NCBI GenBank assembly: GCA_964396475.1 | Contig: CAYNFE010000001.1 | Location: forward strand, 1,205 to 65,204 | Source: Candidatus Woesearchaeota archaeon | GTDB taxonomy: Archaea > Nanobdellota > Nanobdellia > Pacearchaeales > UBA284 | Length of the DNA: 64,000 nt | Direction of reading: 5' to 3' | Shown: piece by piece, positions 1 to 8,875 of the stretch | Position numbering within the stretch: the first letter of the stretch is position 1 | Layout of the letters: every line of letters starts with the position of its first letter | The notes under the pieces: generated by a model | What the model was told of the DNA's origin: nothing | Database searches by the model: none | What the model saw: only the letters and a program-made list of their open reading frames with translations | Program-made: the position numbers and the translations under genes

Positions 1-1858
1 CAATAAAAGTGCCTGCCTTATCTTTTATCTTGAATTTTGAAATTTTATTCATAAAATCAATGATGTTTGTTGAATCCTCTCTTTTTGCTTTTTTTAATAA
101 TTCTTTTGAATCCTGTAAAAAGTTTTTTAGGTCTAAATTAAGATTGATTGCTAGAGATTTAGTTAATAAAGGCTCTAAAATTACATTTGCTGTGGTTATT
201 TTATGTTCTACCCCAAGTAGTTCCAATGCTCTTTTTGCTTTACTGAATTTTTCTTTTCTATGTGTCTCGTAAGGCAAACTTAATTTTCCTTCTATTATAT
301 TTGATTCAGAAAACCATTCTAATAAAGATAAAAACTGTTCAGAATTTATCTGGGACCAATAGAAAATAAAATTTGGATGTAGGGGTAATTCAAATAAATT
401 GCTTATTCTTATGGCATCATCAAAAGAAACTTTGTTTTTATCAATATTTTTTAAAATATTTTGTATTTGTTCTAATTCTTCTGAACTTTTTCCAGCTAAT
501 TTTTCTGGATCACTATATTTTACTGCAATCTCTTTTAATTCAGTTAACCACCATTCTGAATTATACCCACAAGGCAATAAAGGATGATTTCTATTTAAAA
601 AATCACCATAAGAAATAAGAATATCCCCAGCATATATTATTTCTTTTATTTTATTTTTTACTTCTTCTGCTTGTTCTAATGTTTTAATTTCAATGACAGA
701 ATCATCTTCTAATTTAATTATAGGCCCATCAATATCATCGCAAACAGTTATAGCTGCAGCTTTGCTTGGTTTCTCTAATTTTAATTGGGTTCCAATAGCA
801 ATAAAATCATCTAGAATCTTCATAGAAACTGGATTGATTGCTGCAGCACTATATCCGCTAAATCTACACCTACCATAACGCAATCTGAATGCGCCAGACC
901 ACGAAGGATGCCCAAAAATAGGCCTGCCAGCAACAGCATCTTGAATATATGTTGCTGTAGCCACTTTCTTTTTCTTCTCAATTTTTTCTTTCTGAAAATC
1001 GACAAATTTTTCTAAGAAATCCCAATCTTTTAGAGCATAACCTTGTTTTTTTAATTTATTGACTATTTTAAGTAACTTAGGTGCTTTTTGGGCCAATCCT
1101 TCTCCTAAAATTAAGCAAAATCCTCCACGAATTCTATTGGTCTCAACTCTCTCTAAATCTTTATAATTACTTACTTCCCTTTCTGCTGTAGGTAAGCCAT
1201 TTAACTGTACTGGAAGATTCTTGAATAAAAACTCTATCTCTTCTGGAGAGGGTAGATATTGTAAATTAGTTATTCTTTCATGATAATCATAAAGTTCTGT
1301 TACCGCTCTCTTAATTTCTAATTCTGAAGGATCATACTTAGCATATCCAAATTTATTCCTAAGATAATCTATTAATACAACAGAAAAAGAAGCAGCTGTT
1401 CTTCCAGCGCCACCTATTGGCCCAGAAAAATAAATAGAAAAATAATCTTTGCCTTCTTTTGTCTTTTTCAATTCAAAATGGGTGTATCCTTCTAAAGGAG
1501 CAGCCACAACACCTAATGTATAATAAGCAAAAGCCAATCTAAAACCAGCATCTATAGCTTCTTCCTTGCTTGTAAACTTACAATATTTTTCATTAGCAAT
1601 CTCTTCAGCAATTTTTATACAAACAACATGATCCAGAAAACCATATTCTTTCTCTAGTTCTTTAATTCTATTTTCAATTTTTTCACTATGAATTTGAGGA
1701 TATTTAGAAGCGATTAAACCAATTGCTCTTTGAGCAAGGTTCATAGCTATTTTTATTTCTACTATAGATTTAGGATCAAAACCCTTAGCTCGAGCCTCTT
1801 CAGCTATAGTATATACAACTCTTGCTTTGTTTTCTATTTCTTTAAAATATTTATGCAT
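1..1858 (-). CDS. polC: DNA polymerase D large subunit DP2, N-terminal ~619 aa (runs off the left edge; absent from ORF track)
   Basis: Manual translation from ATG at 1858: MHKYFKEIENKARVVYTIAEEARAKGFDP...; internal SGAFRLRYGRCRFSGYSAAAINP and IAIGTQLKLEKPSKAAA match DP2 signatures; start overlaps the stop of the upstream HAD gene. Confidence 0.95.
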   Translation of the reverse strand, partial: MHKYFKEIENKARVVYTIAEEARAKGFDPKSIVEIKIAMNLAQRAIGLIASKYPQIHSEKIENRIKELEKEYGFLDHVVCIKIAEEIANEKYCKFTSKEEAIDAGFRLAFAYYTLGVVAAPLEGYTHFELKKTKEGKDYFSIYFSGPIGGAGRTAASFSVVLIDYLRNKFGYAKYDPSELEIKRAVTELYDYHERITNLQYLPSPEEIEFLFKNLPVQLNGLPTAEREVSNYKDLERVETNRIRGGFCLILGEGLAQKAPKLLKIVNKLKKQGYALKDWDFLEKFVDFQKEKIEKKKKVATATYIQDAVAGRPIFGHPSWSGAFRLRYGRCRFSGYSAAAINPVSMKILDDFIAIGTQLKLEKPSKAAAITVCDDIDGPIIKLEDDSVIEIKTLEQAEEVKNKIKEIIYAGDILISYGDFLNRNHPLLPCGYNSEWWLTELKEIAVKYSDPEKLAGKSSEELEQIQNILKNIDKNKVSFDDAIRISNLFELPLHPNFIFYWSQINSEQFLSLLEWFSESNIIEGKLSLPYETHRKEKFSKAKRALELLGVEHKITTANVILEPLLTKSLAINLNLDLKNFLQDSKELLKKAKREDSTNIIDFMNKISKFKIKDKAGTFI

Positions 1859-2492
1859 TTTCTAAGATTATTTTTTCTAATTGTTTAAAATCGCTTATTA
1901 TACACATGGCTTTCATAGCAGTTTCTCTAGTTTTAGGATTGAAAGCTATTGGAAAACCAACAATTTCTAAAGGATCATTGTCATTATCCCCAACATAACA
2001 AGTTTCTTCTAAAGAAATACCATATTTCTTAGTTATCTTTTTCAATATTCTTGCTTTTTCCCATAATGGAACAGAATAATCTAGATTGCCAGTAAAAACA
2101 CCATTATCTCTATATAATCTATTGCACTCTACAAATTCTAGATTAAAATCTGAAGCTATTTTATCAGCAACTAAACCTAGACCTGTACTTAATATACCTC
2201 TTTTTAACTTTCCTTCACTTTTAAATAAAAAAAGTTCCGCACCAGGAGAATATGGAATAGGAAACAAGGTTCTGTAGGCATTTTCTACTGATTTTCCTTT
2301 CAGAAGAGATGCTTCCTCTCTAGCCCAAATACAATCTTTATCTTTTTGTCTATAATATGTTAATTCATTTTGTTCGACTATTTTTTCAAAACCATAACTT
2401 GATAAAAGAGCTCTCCAACTACTTTGAAAAGTATTTTTATATTGGATAAGTGTTCCATCCATATCCAAAACAATTAATTTTATTTTTCCCAT
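1851..2492 (-). CDS. HAD-superfamily hydrolase, phosphoserine-phosphatase-like
   Basis: Motif I DMDGT, motif II ILSTG, motif III/IV K...GDNDND. Confidence 0.85.
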   Translation of the reverse strand: MGKIKLIVLDMDGTLIQYKNTFQSSWRALLSSYGFEKIVEQNELTYYRQKDKDCIWAREEASLLKGKSVENAYRTLFPIPYSPGAELFLFKSEGKLKRGILSTGLGLVADKIASDFNLEFVECNRLYRDNGVFTGNLDYSVPLWEKARILKKITKKYGISLEETCYVGDNDNDPLEIVGFPIAFNPKTRETAMKAMCIISDFKQLEKIILENA

Positions 2493-2493
2493 T

Positions 2494-4056
2494 TTAACTA
2501 AAATCGAGCATATTTACTTTTCCTGTTTTTAAATTTAAGATTGGAACCTTACAAGGATCTGGTTCGTGACCAAATTTTTCTTGATATGCTGTCTTTTTTT
2601 GCCAGCATGAACATGAAATTGTCAGAATATTATTATACGTTGAAATGGCGCTCTTATGGATATGCCCAGAAACAAAAATGTCTGGGGTCTTTCTTATCAC
2701 AAGATAATCTTCTTTTCCAGGATAATAAGGTGTAGAAGTATGTGTTGGTGCTAAATGCCTCTTCTTTAATAAAAAATGGATTATCATATCTGGTCTTAAT
2801 TTAGCATTTTTTTGTCTTAGAGGATCAACTCTATCACCATAATAATCATAAGAATCCCCATGATACATCAATACATCAAAACCTGAAAAATTTTCCGACT
2901 GTGCTATTTTCACAATAGAAGGGTTTGTTGTTAGGATTAAATTATCAATCTCATAAAGCTTTGGAGCAATTTCTTTTGGTATCTTAGGTTGTGGTTCAAT
3001 AATTCTAACAGCATCATGTAATCCTCCAGGGCACATAATAATTGTTACATCTTTTCTTATTTTTCCCAAATGCTCTGCTAATCTAGAATATTGTTCTCTT
3101 ATATCTTTAATTTTCAATTCTTTTTCTTGCCCTGGATAAACACCAACACCATCTACAGTGTCTCCTACGATAAATAGATATTTTATTTTTGATGCTAATC
3201 CTCTCTGCTTTTCTGAGCCAATATTTCCATTTAACCACTCTATAAATTTCGTAAAATTTTTTTCAAGAAATTTATCAGAGCCTAGATGTATATCTGAAGT
3301 AAAGGCGGCATACTCTTCTTTATTTGATCTTTTTTTCTCCTTAGCAGCAATATCTGGGAAAATAATATCATTAACAAAAATTATTTCATTAGATCCTGCT
3401 CCTTTTATGGCAATAACTTCATCTAAAACAATGTCTTTTGCTTTTTCAAAAAGCTCTGTTTTATCATGATGAATAACTGCCTTAATTTCTCCAGTCAAAT
3501 CTTCTATCGTAAGTAAAAGATTTTTATTTTTGGTTATTCTTTTGGCACTAACAAGACCAATAACAGATAGCATATGTCTGTTAGAAGAAATCTTTCCTAT
3601 ACTAGTTAGATTATTAAGCTCTCTCTCCTGAATAAAATTTTTTATAGTTAGGAATCTATCTTTAAATCCCATCACAAAATCTTTTACTTCTATTTTTTTA
3701 ACGTTTGGTTCTATGATTTCTGTCACAAAAACTCGTTGTTTACTTATCTTTGCTTCTAATTTTTCTCTTTCTTCTTTTTTAATCTGTATTTTAGGATCTT
3801 TCTCAATAAAAGTTAGGAGATAATTATTTGCCTTTAATAAACTCTCTTCATCAAAATCAGAACCACTAATTTCATTAATTATTTTAGGGATACTTATTAA
3901 AAAAAAATTTTTAGAAATGAGTTTTGGTGGATTCAATTTCAAAATAAAATTAACAATAGGAACTGAAGAAAGATCCTCATTAGAAAGAATTTCTGTAAGA
4001 CCTGGTTCAACTAGATAACCTTCTTTCAATAGATTCTTAATGACATTCTCTTCCAT
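2494..4056 (-). CDS. polB: DNA polymerase D small subunit DP1 (proofreading exonuclease)
   Basis: OB-fold (TIEDLTGEI) then phosphoesterase motifs SDIHLGS, GDTVDGVGVYPGQ, HDA, YHG, GHIH. Confidence 0.95.
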   Translation of the reverse strand: MEENVIKNLLKEGYLVEPGLTEILSNEDLSSVPIVNFILKLNPPKLISKNFFLISIPKIINEISGSDFDEESLLKANNYLLTFIEKDPKIQIKKEEREKLEAKISKQRVFVTEIIEPNVKKIEVKDFVMGFKDRFLTIKNFIQERELNNLTSIGKISSNRHMLSVIGLVSAKRITKNKNLLLTIEDLTGEIKAVIHHDKTELFEKAKDIVLDEVIAIKGAGSNEIIFVNDIIFPDIAAKEKKRSNKEEYAAFTSDIHLGSDKFLEKNFTKFIEWLNGNIGSEKQRGLASKIKYLFIVGDTVDGVGVYPGQEKELKIKDIREQYSRLAEHLGKIRKDVTIIMCPGGLHDAVRIIEPQPKIPKEIAPKLYEIDNLILTTNPSIVKIAQSENFSGFDVLMYHGDSYDYYGDRVDPLRQKNAKLRPDMIIHFLLKKRHLAPTHTSTPYYPGKEDYLVIRKTPDIFVSGHIHKSAISTYNNILTISCSCWQKKTAYQEKFGHEPDPCKVPILNLKTGKVNMLDFS

Positions 4057-4058
4057 CT

Positions 4059-5300
4059 TTACAAATTTAATGAATTTAATAAGAGAGAGTTGAGTTTTTC
4101 TAGCAAATGTGAAGAATGATCTAATCTTATTTCTCTAGTTCTCCCATATCTTCCTTTGCTAATAACTCTAGCATTAATAACACCTAACATATCAAACTCT
4201 GCTATTATATCGGAAATACGTCTTTGTGTCAAACATTCTGTGCCTGATCTATGACAAAGTTCTCTATAAAAATTATAAATATCTCCTGTGAAAATAGGTT
4301 GATCTTTTATTTTTAATTTTTTAACTAATTTAATTATAGCAAGAAGAGTTAATTGGAATTGTTTAGGTTGTGATTCAACAGCAATCAAAATTTTATCAGC
4401 TTCTATTCTATCCTTAGCTTTGTCTATATAATCTAAAGTGATTTTTTTCTTGTTATCTCTTTCTACAAGTTCTCCGGCAATTCTTAATAAATCTAAAGCC
4501 CTTCTGGCATCTCCATGTTCACGCGCAGCATAAGCAGAACATTTTTCAATGACCCCCTCACCGACAATTTTTTGTTTGAATGCTTCCTTAGCTCTCCTTT
4601 TTAGAATATCTTGGAGTTGCAAGGCATTATAAGGAGGAAATAAAATTTCTTCTTCACTCAAGGAACTTTTAACTCTTGGATCTAATATTTCTATAAATTT
4701 TAAATCATTAGAGATTCCAATAATACTTATCTGTGATTTGTTTAATTCTGAATTAAGTCTTGTAAAATTATAAAGAAACTCATCACCTATTTTTTTTACA
4801 GCTCTATCAATTTCATCTAGAATAATAATAATTATTTGTTTTTTAGAATCAACAGCATCTATAAATTTACGATATAATTGATCTGTAGGAAGACCAGTCA
4901 TTGGAACTTTTTTACCTAATTTATTTAAAAGTTCAGCAAGAATTCTATATTCTGTATCAGCTACTTTCCTTAATTTACAATTGATATAAGGTATTAATAA
5001 AGGAACTTTTTGTTTAGACGCCCTTTTAATCAGTTCCTTTTTAATATAATTAATAACTAGTGTTTTGCCTGTCCCAGTTAAACCATAAACAAAAAGATTG
5101 CTTGGTTTTTCCATCCTTAAACTAGGAGCTATTATAGAAGCTACTTGTGTTATTTGTTTCTCTCTATGAGGTATAGTTTCAGGAGTATAATTAGTCTGTA
5201 AGATAAGTTTATTCTTAAAAATGGTTTGATTAATAAAAGAATCAAATATTTTATCTAATTTATTATTATTTTTATTGTTTTGTCCTCTTTTTTTATCCAT
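4059..5300 (-). CDS. cdc6: Orc1/Cdc6 replication initiator
   Basis: PHREKQI, Walker A GLTGTGKT, Walker B ILDEID, GDARRALDLLR, C-terminal wHTH SKGRYGRTR. Confidence 0.97.
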   Translation of the reverse strand: MDKKRGQNNKNNNKLDKIFDSFINQTIFKNKLILQTNYTPETIPHREKQITQVASIIAPSLRMEKPSNLFVYGLTGTGKTLVINYIKKELIKRASKQKVPLLIPYINCKLRKVADTEYRILAELLNKLGKKVPMTGLPTDQLYRKFIDAVDSKKQIIIIILDEIDRAVKKIGDEFLYNFTRLNSELNKSQISIIGISNDLKFIEILDPRVKSSLSEEEILFPPYNALQLQDILKRRAKEAFKQKIVGEGVIEKCSAYAAREHGDARRALDLLRIAGELVERDNKKKITLDYIDKAKDRIEADKILIAVESQPKQFQLTLLAIIKLVKKLKIKDQPIFTGDIYNFYRELCHRSGTECLTQRRISDIIAEFDMLGVINARVISKGRYGRTREIRLDHSSHLLEKLNSLLLNSLNL

Positions 5301-5382
5301 TTGTCCTCTTAACCCTTTTTAATAAAATCTATTTAACAAAAATACTTTTATAAATATTTTTGTCCTTAAACAACCACATAGA

Positions 5383-5601
5383 GACCTATGTTTCTTATGG
5401 AAATAATCTTATAAAAAAATTTTGAAAAAGCGTCGTCACGAAACAAAAGTAACCCCTTCATTTCCTGTGGAAACATATATTCTATAATATATATAATATA
5501 TAATAATATTATATAATATAAATATTTATAAACAACATTTAAAAAACAAAAAACAAAATCTTTTTTAAATCTTTTTATCATCTCCATAAGAAGAATAGGG
5601 G
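5383..5601. promoter_or_regulatory. Candidate replication origin (ORB boxes flanking an AT-rich unwinding element)
   Basis: ORB-like 20-mers TTCCATAAGAAACATAGGTC (-, 5383-5402), TTCCACAGGAAATGAAGGGG (-, 5453-5472), CTCCATAAGAAGAATAGGGG (+, 5582-5601) around a near-pure A/T tract ~5480-5580, immediately upstream of cdc6. Confidence 0.7.
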
Positions 5602-5683
5602 TTGGTGTCTAAAATACATCCATAAGTTTATAAGAGAAAAATTTATAAATAATATAACGTTTTTATTAGAGTTAATTAAAAAA

Positions 5684-5941
5684 ATGGCTGAAAGAAAACC
5701 CGCTGATGAGATTGTAGGCAAACTTGTTGTAACAAAAGAAGGTAAAAGACTTGGTGTTGTAAAAGATATAACATTTGAAACTAGAAGTGGAGAATTAATC
5801 CAGATTGTAATGACATCACCAACAGCTTATGCTGCTTCGTTAAATCTTGAAAAAGGAAAAAGTAAAGAATTTTTAGTACCTTATGCAGCAATCATAGCAA
5901 TAGGAGATTTTGTTGTTATTGGCGAAGAAGATATAAGATAA
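5684..5941 (+). CDS. PRC-barrel domain protein
   Basis: IVGKLVVTKEGKRLGVVKDI...LVPYAAIIAIGDFVVI is a typical archaeal PRC-barrel pattern. Confidence 0.85.
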   Translation: MAERKPADEIVGKLVVTKEGKRLGVVKDITFETRSGELIQIVMTSPTAYAASLNLEKGKSKEFLVPYAAIIAIGDFVVIGEEDIR

Positions 5942-6026
5942 GCAGATAGGAACAAAATTATTGTTTTCCTTCTTCATTTCATTTTCTTAACCAAAAATTT
6001 AAAAATACCTAATCCCAAACTCAACT

Positions 6027-6479
6027 ATGGCAATAATAGGTTTTAACATAAAAAAAATACTAGTAGAAAGAAAAAAGTTAGTAAGAGGAGAAGTCAAGGT
6101 AAATACACGAATGAATATCACTGATGTCAAAAAACAATCAGTAAAGATAACAAAAGGAAAAGATGTTCTTTCATTTAGCTTTGATTTTGCTATATTTTAC
6201 AAAGGCGTTGCAGATCATATAGGTAGTGTCGCAGATATTATATTTGAAGGAAATGTTCTCTTTTTAGCAGACCCAAAAGATACAACTAAAATATTGGATG
6301 CTTGGAAGAAAAAAGAAATTCCTGAAGATATCAAAATAAGAGTTCTTAACACAATCCTATCTAAATGCAATATAAAAGCTCTTGTTCTAGAGGAAGATAT
6401 GGGTCTTCCATCTCATATACCTTTACCAAAATTCCAACCAAAAAGTAAAAGTAAAGAAAAACCAGCAAAGAAAAAATAA
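6027..6479 (+). CDS. Conserved archaeal hypothetical protein
   Basis: 150-aa ORF, beta-rich N-terminus, coding-like composition; function not recognised. Confidence 0.7.
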   Translation: MAIIGFNIKKILVERKKLVRGEVKVNTRMNITDVKKQSVKITKGKDVLSFSFDFAIFYKGVADHIGSVADIIFEGNVLFLADPKDTTKILDAWKKKEIPEDIKIRVLNTILSKCNIKALVLEEDMGLPSHIPLPKFQPKSKSKEKPAKKK

Positions 6480-6481
6480 AG

Positions 6482-6790
6482 ATGTGGAAGTTTTTTAAAC
6501 CAAACACATTAAAGATTATAATTTTCATTGTTTTAATTATAATTTCTATAGCTATCTTATGGAATATTAAAATATTTCCTTGTAAAACTAAGGTTGTGGC
6601 TCCTGGAACAGAATTCAAAGAAGGAATATGTACTTCAGCAGCATTAACAGGAGAAATAATTCCTTTTTTTATGGTGATTGGAGTACAGACAGTATATTCT
6701 CCTATTTCTTATGTGATTTATTTTATTTTAGTGATTTTAATTCCTTATATCTTAGCTTGTATTATTTCAACTCTTTTTAAGAAACGCTAG
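6482..6790 (+). CDS. Small membrane protein
   Basis: Two to three hydrophobic segments; 2 nt after upstream stop. Confidence 0.65.
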   Translation: MWKFFKPNTLKIIIFIVLIIISIAILWNIKIFPCKTKVVAPGTEFKEGICTSAALTGEIIPFFMVIGVQTVYSPISYVIYFILVILIPYILACIISTLFKKR

Positions 6791-6866
6791 GGAGAGGATT
6801 CGAACCTCCATATCCAAAAGGACACACGCTTTCGAGGCGTGCGCATTACCATTCTGCCACCCTAGC
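6785..6866 (-). tRNA. tRNA-Ser(CGA)
   Basis: GCTAGGG/CCCTAGC acceptor, stem CACGC/GCGTG with loop CT-CGA-AA, long variable arm, GGTTCGAATCC T-loop. Confidence 0.95.
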
Positions 6867-6923
6867 ACAATAAATACTATAGATAAGGGAAAATTATTTA
6901 AATTTCTTCTCCTCAAAGATTTT

Positions 6924-7640
6924 ATGGTTGAGAAAAAACAAATTTTTAGTGTTTTGTTGATAGCAACAATTCTCATAACAGCCATATTTGTGATAGGTGC
7001 AGGATGTGAAGAAGAAACTACAACAAATGGACAAACACCTCCAAGTAATGGACAGCAACAACCACAAATAGAGATGCTTTTCTCAGATGATTTTTCAGAT
7101 GACAACAAAGGCTCATCACCAGATAAATGGAATTCAGTTATGGAAGACAATCTTCTAGCATCTATAGAAGGAAGCTCCCAAGAGAGTGGCAAATATGGAA
7201 ATGTAGTTAACATAAAAGGAAGAATCTTAACAACAGGAAGTCACTCTTGGAAAGACTACACAATAAATTTAGATTTCAGAGTAAATACAGCAGGTAAAGG
7301 AATAGGCCCAGAAATAGCATTCTATATTTCAGAAGATAACAAAGACTATTATATTGTTTCGTCAGAGATAGAACCAACAGCAATAGAATACACTCTTTAT
7401 AGAGTTAGTGATGGTACTAGGACACAGATAAAAAAAAGAGCAGACTATAATAAAGAAATAGATGATGATGAATGGCATTCTCTAAAGCTTAATGTCAAAG
7501 AAGGAAAGTTGGATATTGATGACCAAACAGCTTTTGAATTTGAACCTGTGACTAAGTTGACGAGCGGAGCAATAGGTTTAGCAACAGATCCTGACGGAAG
7601 CATTTATTATGACAACATCGCTGTTATTGGAATAAAATAA
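6924..7640 (+). CDS. Secreted/lipoprotein with concanavalin-like beta-sandwich (DUF1080-like) domain
   Basis: Signal peptide ending GAGC, low-complexity linker, LFSDDFSD...WHSLKL...SGAIGL...YYDNI. Confidence 0.65.
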   Translation: MVEKKQIFSVLLIATILITAIFVIGAGCEEETTTNGQTPPSNGQQQPQIEMLFSDDFSDDNKGSSPDKWNSVMEDNLLASIEGSSQESGKYGNVVNIKGRILTTGSHSWKDYTINLDFRVNTAGKGIGPEIAFYISEDNKDYYIVSSEIEPTAIEYTLYRVSDGTRTQIKKRADYNKEIDDDEWHSLKLNVKEGKLDIDDQTAFEFEPVTKLTSGAIGLATDPDGSIYYDNIAVIGIK

Positions 7641-7669
7641 TTTTTCTTTTTTCTTTTTTTATTTATTTA

Positions 7670-8416
7670 TTATTTTATATTTTTTAATTTGCCAAACCTA
7701 TATATTTTATCACCTAGAATAAAAACTTCAAAATCCTGAATCTTTTTTTCATTTAGATAAGGGCTTAGCAATTTTTCTTTTTTAATATCACTTCCTTCAA
7801 AAACACTAAAGAAAGAAGGCATCACAATCAAATCTTTCCTCTTCCACTTTCCCAATAAAAAACACTTATAAATCTCACTCTTAACCCCTTCATGAATACT
7901 TATAGCTGGATGTTCATGAGCAATAATAAGAATTTTACAATCATAAATCTCTTTGTTTAAAAAAATCTTGTGGCCATGCAAAACACAAATATCATCAAAA
8001 CAATAGAAGTTATTAATATCTAAATTTCTTTTCTTTGCAATAGGTTCAAGAATTGTATCATGATTTCCTTTAATCAAAACAACCTTACATTTTTTTAATA
8101 ATAAATCTAGAATAACTGAGGTTTCATGCCACTCTTGCTTAGAGATCTGCCCAAATTCATGTTTCAAATCACCATTAATAATAATCATTTTTGGTTTTAA
8201 CTTCAACAATTCTTGCAATTCCTTTTTAATTTCTTTAAATATTTGTCTAGGAACAAGAAAACCTCCTTCATTTAGGGTCTCTTCATAACCTAAATGCAAG
8301 TCAGCTATAATCAAAATCTTCTGCTTTGGCAACCATAATGCCTTTCTTTTCATCTCAATTCCTTTTAATAATTTCATTTTATCTTTATTCTCTAATCCAA
8401 CTAAATTTAAATACAT
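7670..8416 (-). CDS. Metallophosphoesterase (Lhr-associated MPE family)
   Basis: ADLHLG, NGDLKH, GNHD, HGH, HEHP motifs. Confidence 0.88.
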   Translation of the reverse strand: MYLNLVGLENKDKMKLLKGIEMKRKALWLPKQKILIIADLHLGYEETLNEGGFLVPRQIFKEIKKELQELLKLKPKMIIINGDLKHEFGQISKQEWHETSVILDLLLKKCKVVLIKGNHDTILEPIAKKRNLDINNFYCFDDICVLHGHKIFLNKEIYDCKILIIAHEHPAISIHEGVKSEIYKCFLLGKWKRKDLIVMPSFFSVFEGSDIKKEKLLSPYLNEKKIQDFEVFILGDKIYRFGKLKNIK

Positions 8417-8434
8417 TCTATTTCCTAATTTTTT

Positions 8435-8875
8435 ATGAAAAACTTACTTATTATTTGTGAAGCAGGACATTGGAGAAGCGGAAATCTTGCAAAGGAAATT
8501 TCTATTGAATTAAAAAAACAAAAAATAAAGACAAGAGTCATTAAAGCAGGTTACAGAAATAAGCAAAAAAATCCTTATCTTAATCCATTTAAATTTTTAG
8601 CATATATGTTCATGACGCGCTTAACAAAAAAAATGATTGATGAAAGCAGTCAGATCATCATAGCTGCTCCAGAAATATATTACAAATTAAGAAAAGAATT
8701 TAAGATACCAAATAAAAAAACAATGTGTTATGATATAAAAGATTACAAATATTTGTTTGAATTATTACCTTTTTTTAATCACAAATTCAAAAAAACAATA
8801 AAACAATATGCTAAGCTTTACATAAATAAATACAATCCAGCATCCAAAAAACCAATATATCAACCTACTTCTTAA
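8435..8875 (+). CDS. Hypothetical protein with CX5R(S) phosphate-binding loop (LMW-PTP/arsenate-reductase-like)
   Basis: N-terminal beta strand LLIICEAGHWRS. Confidence 0.5.
   Translation: MKNLLIICEAGHWRSGNLAKEISIELKKQKIKTRVIKAGYRNKQKNPYLNPFKFLAYMFMTRLTKKMIDESSQIIIAAPEIYYKLRKEFKIPNKKTMCYDIKDYKYLFELLPFFNHKFKKTIKQYAKLYINKYNPASKKPIYQPTS

Noticed and set aside
9-1005. Short ORFs 9-272, 373-618, 399-587, 693-878, 820-1005
   Set aside because: Antisense or alternate-frame shadows of the DP2 gene, which the track missed because it has no stop in the window.
5366-5587. 73-aa minus-strand ORF
   Set aside because: Low-complexity I/Y/L translation of the AT-rich origin region; overlaps ORB boxes; not coding-like.
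6785-6866. tRNA-Ser as attachment site of an integrated element
   Set aside because: No duplicated tRNA 3' end found in the window and no adjacent integrase.
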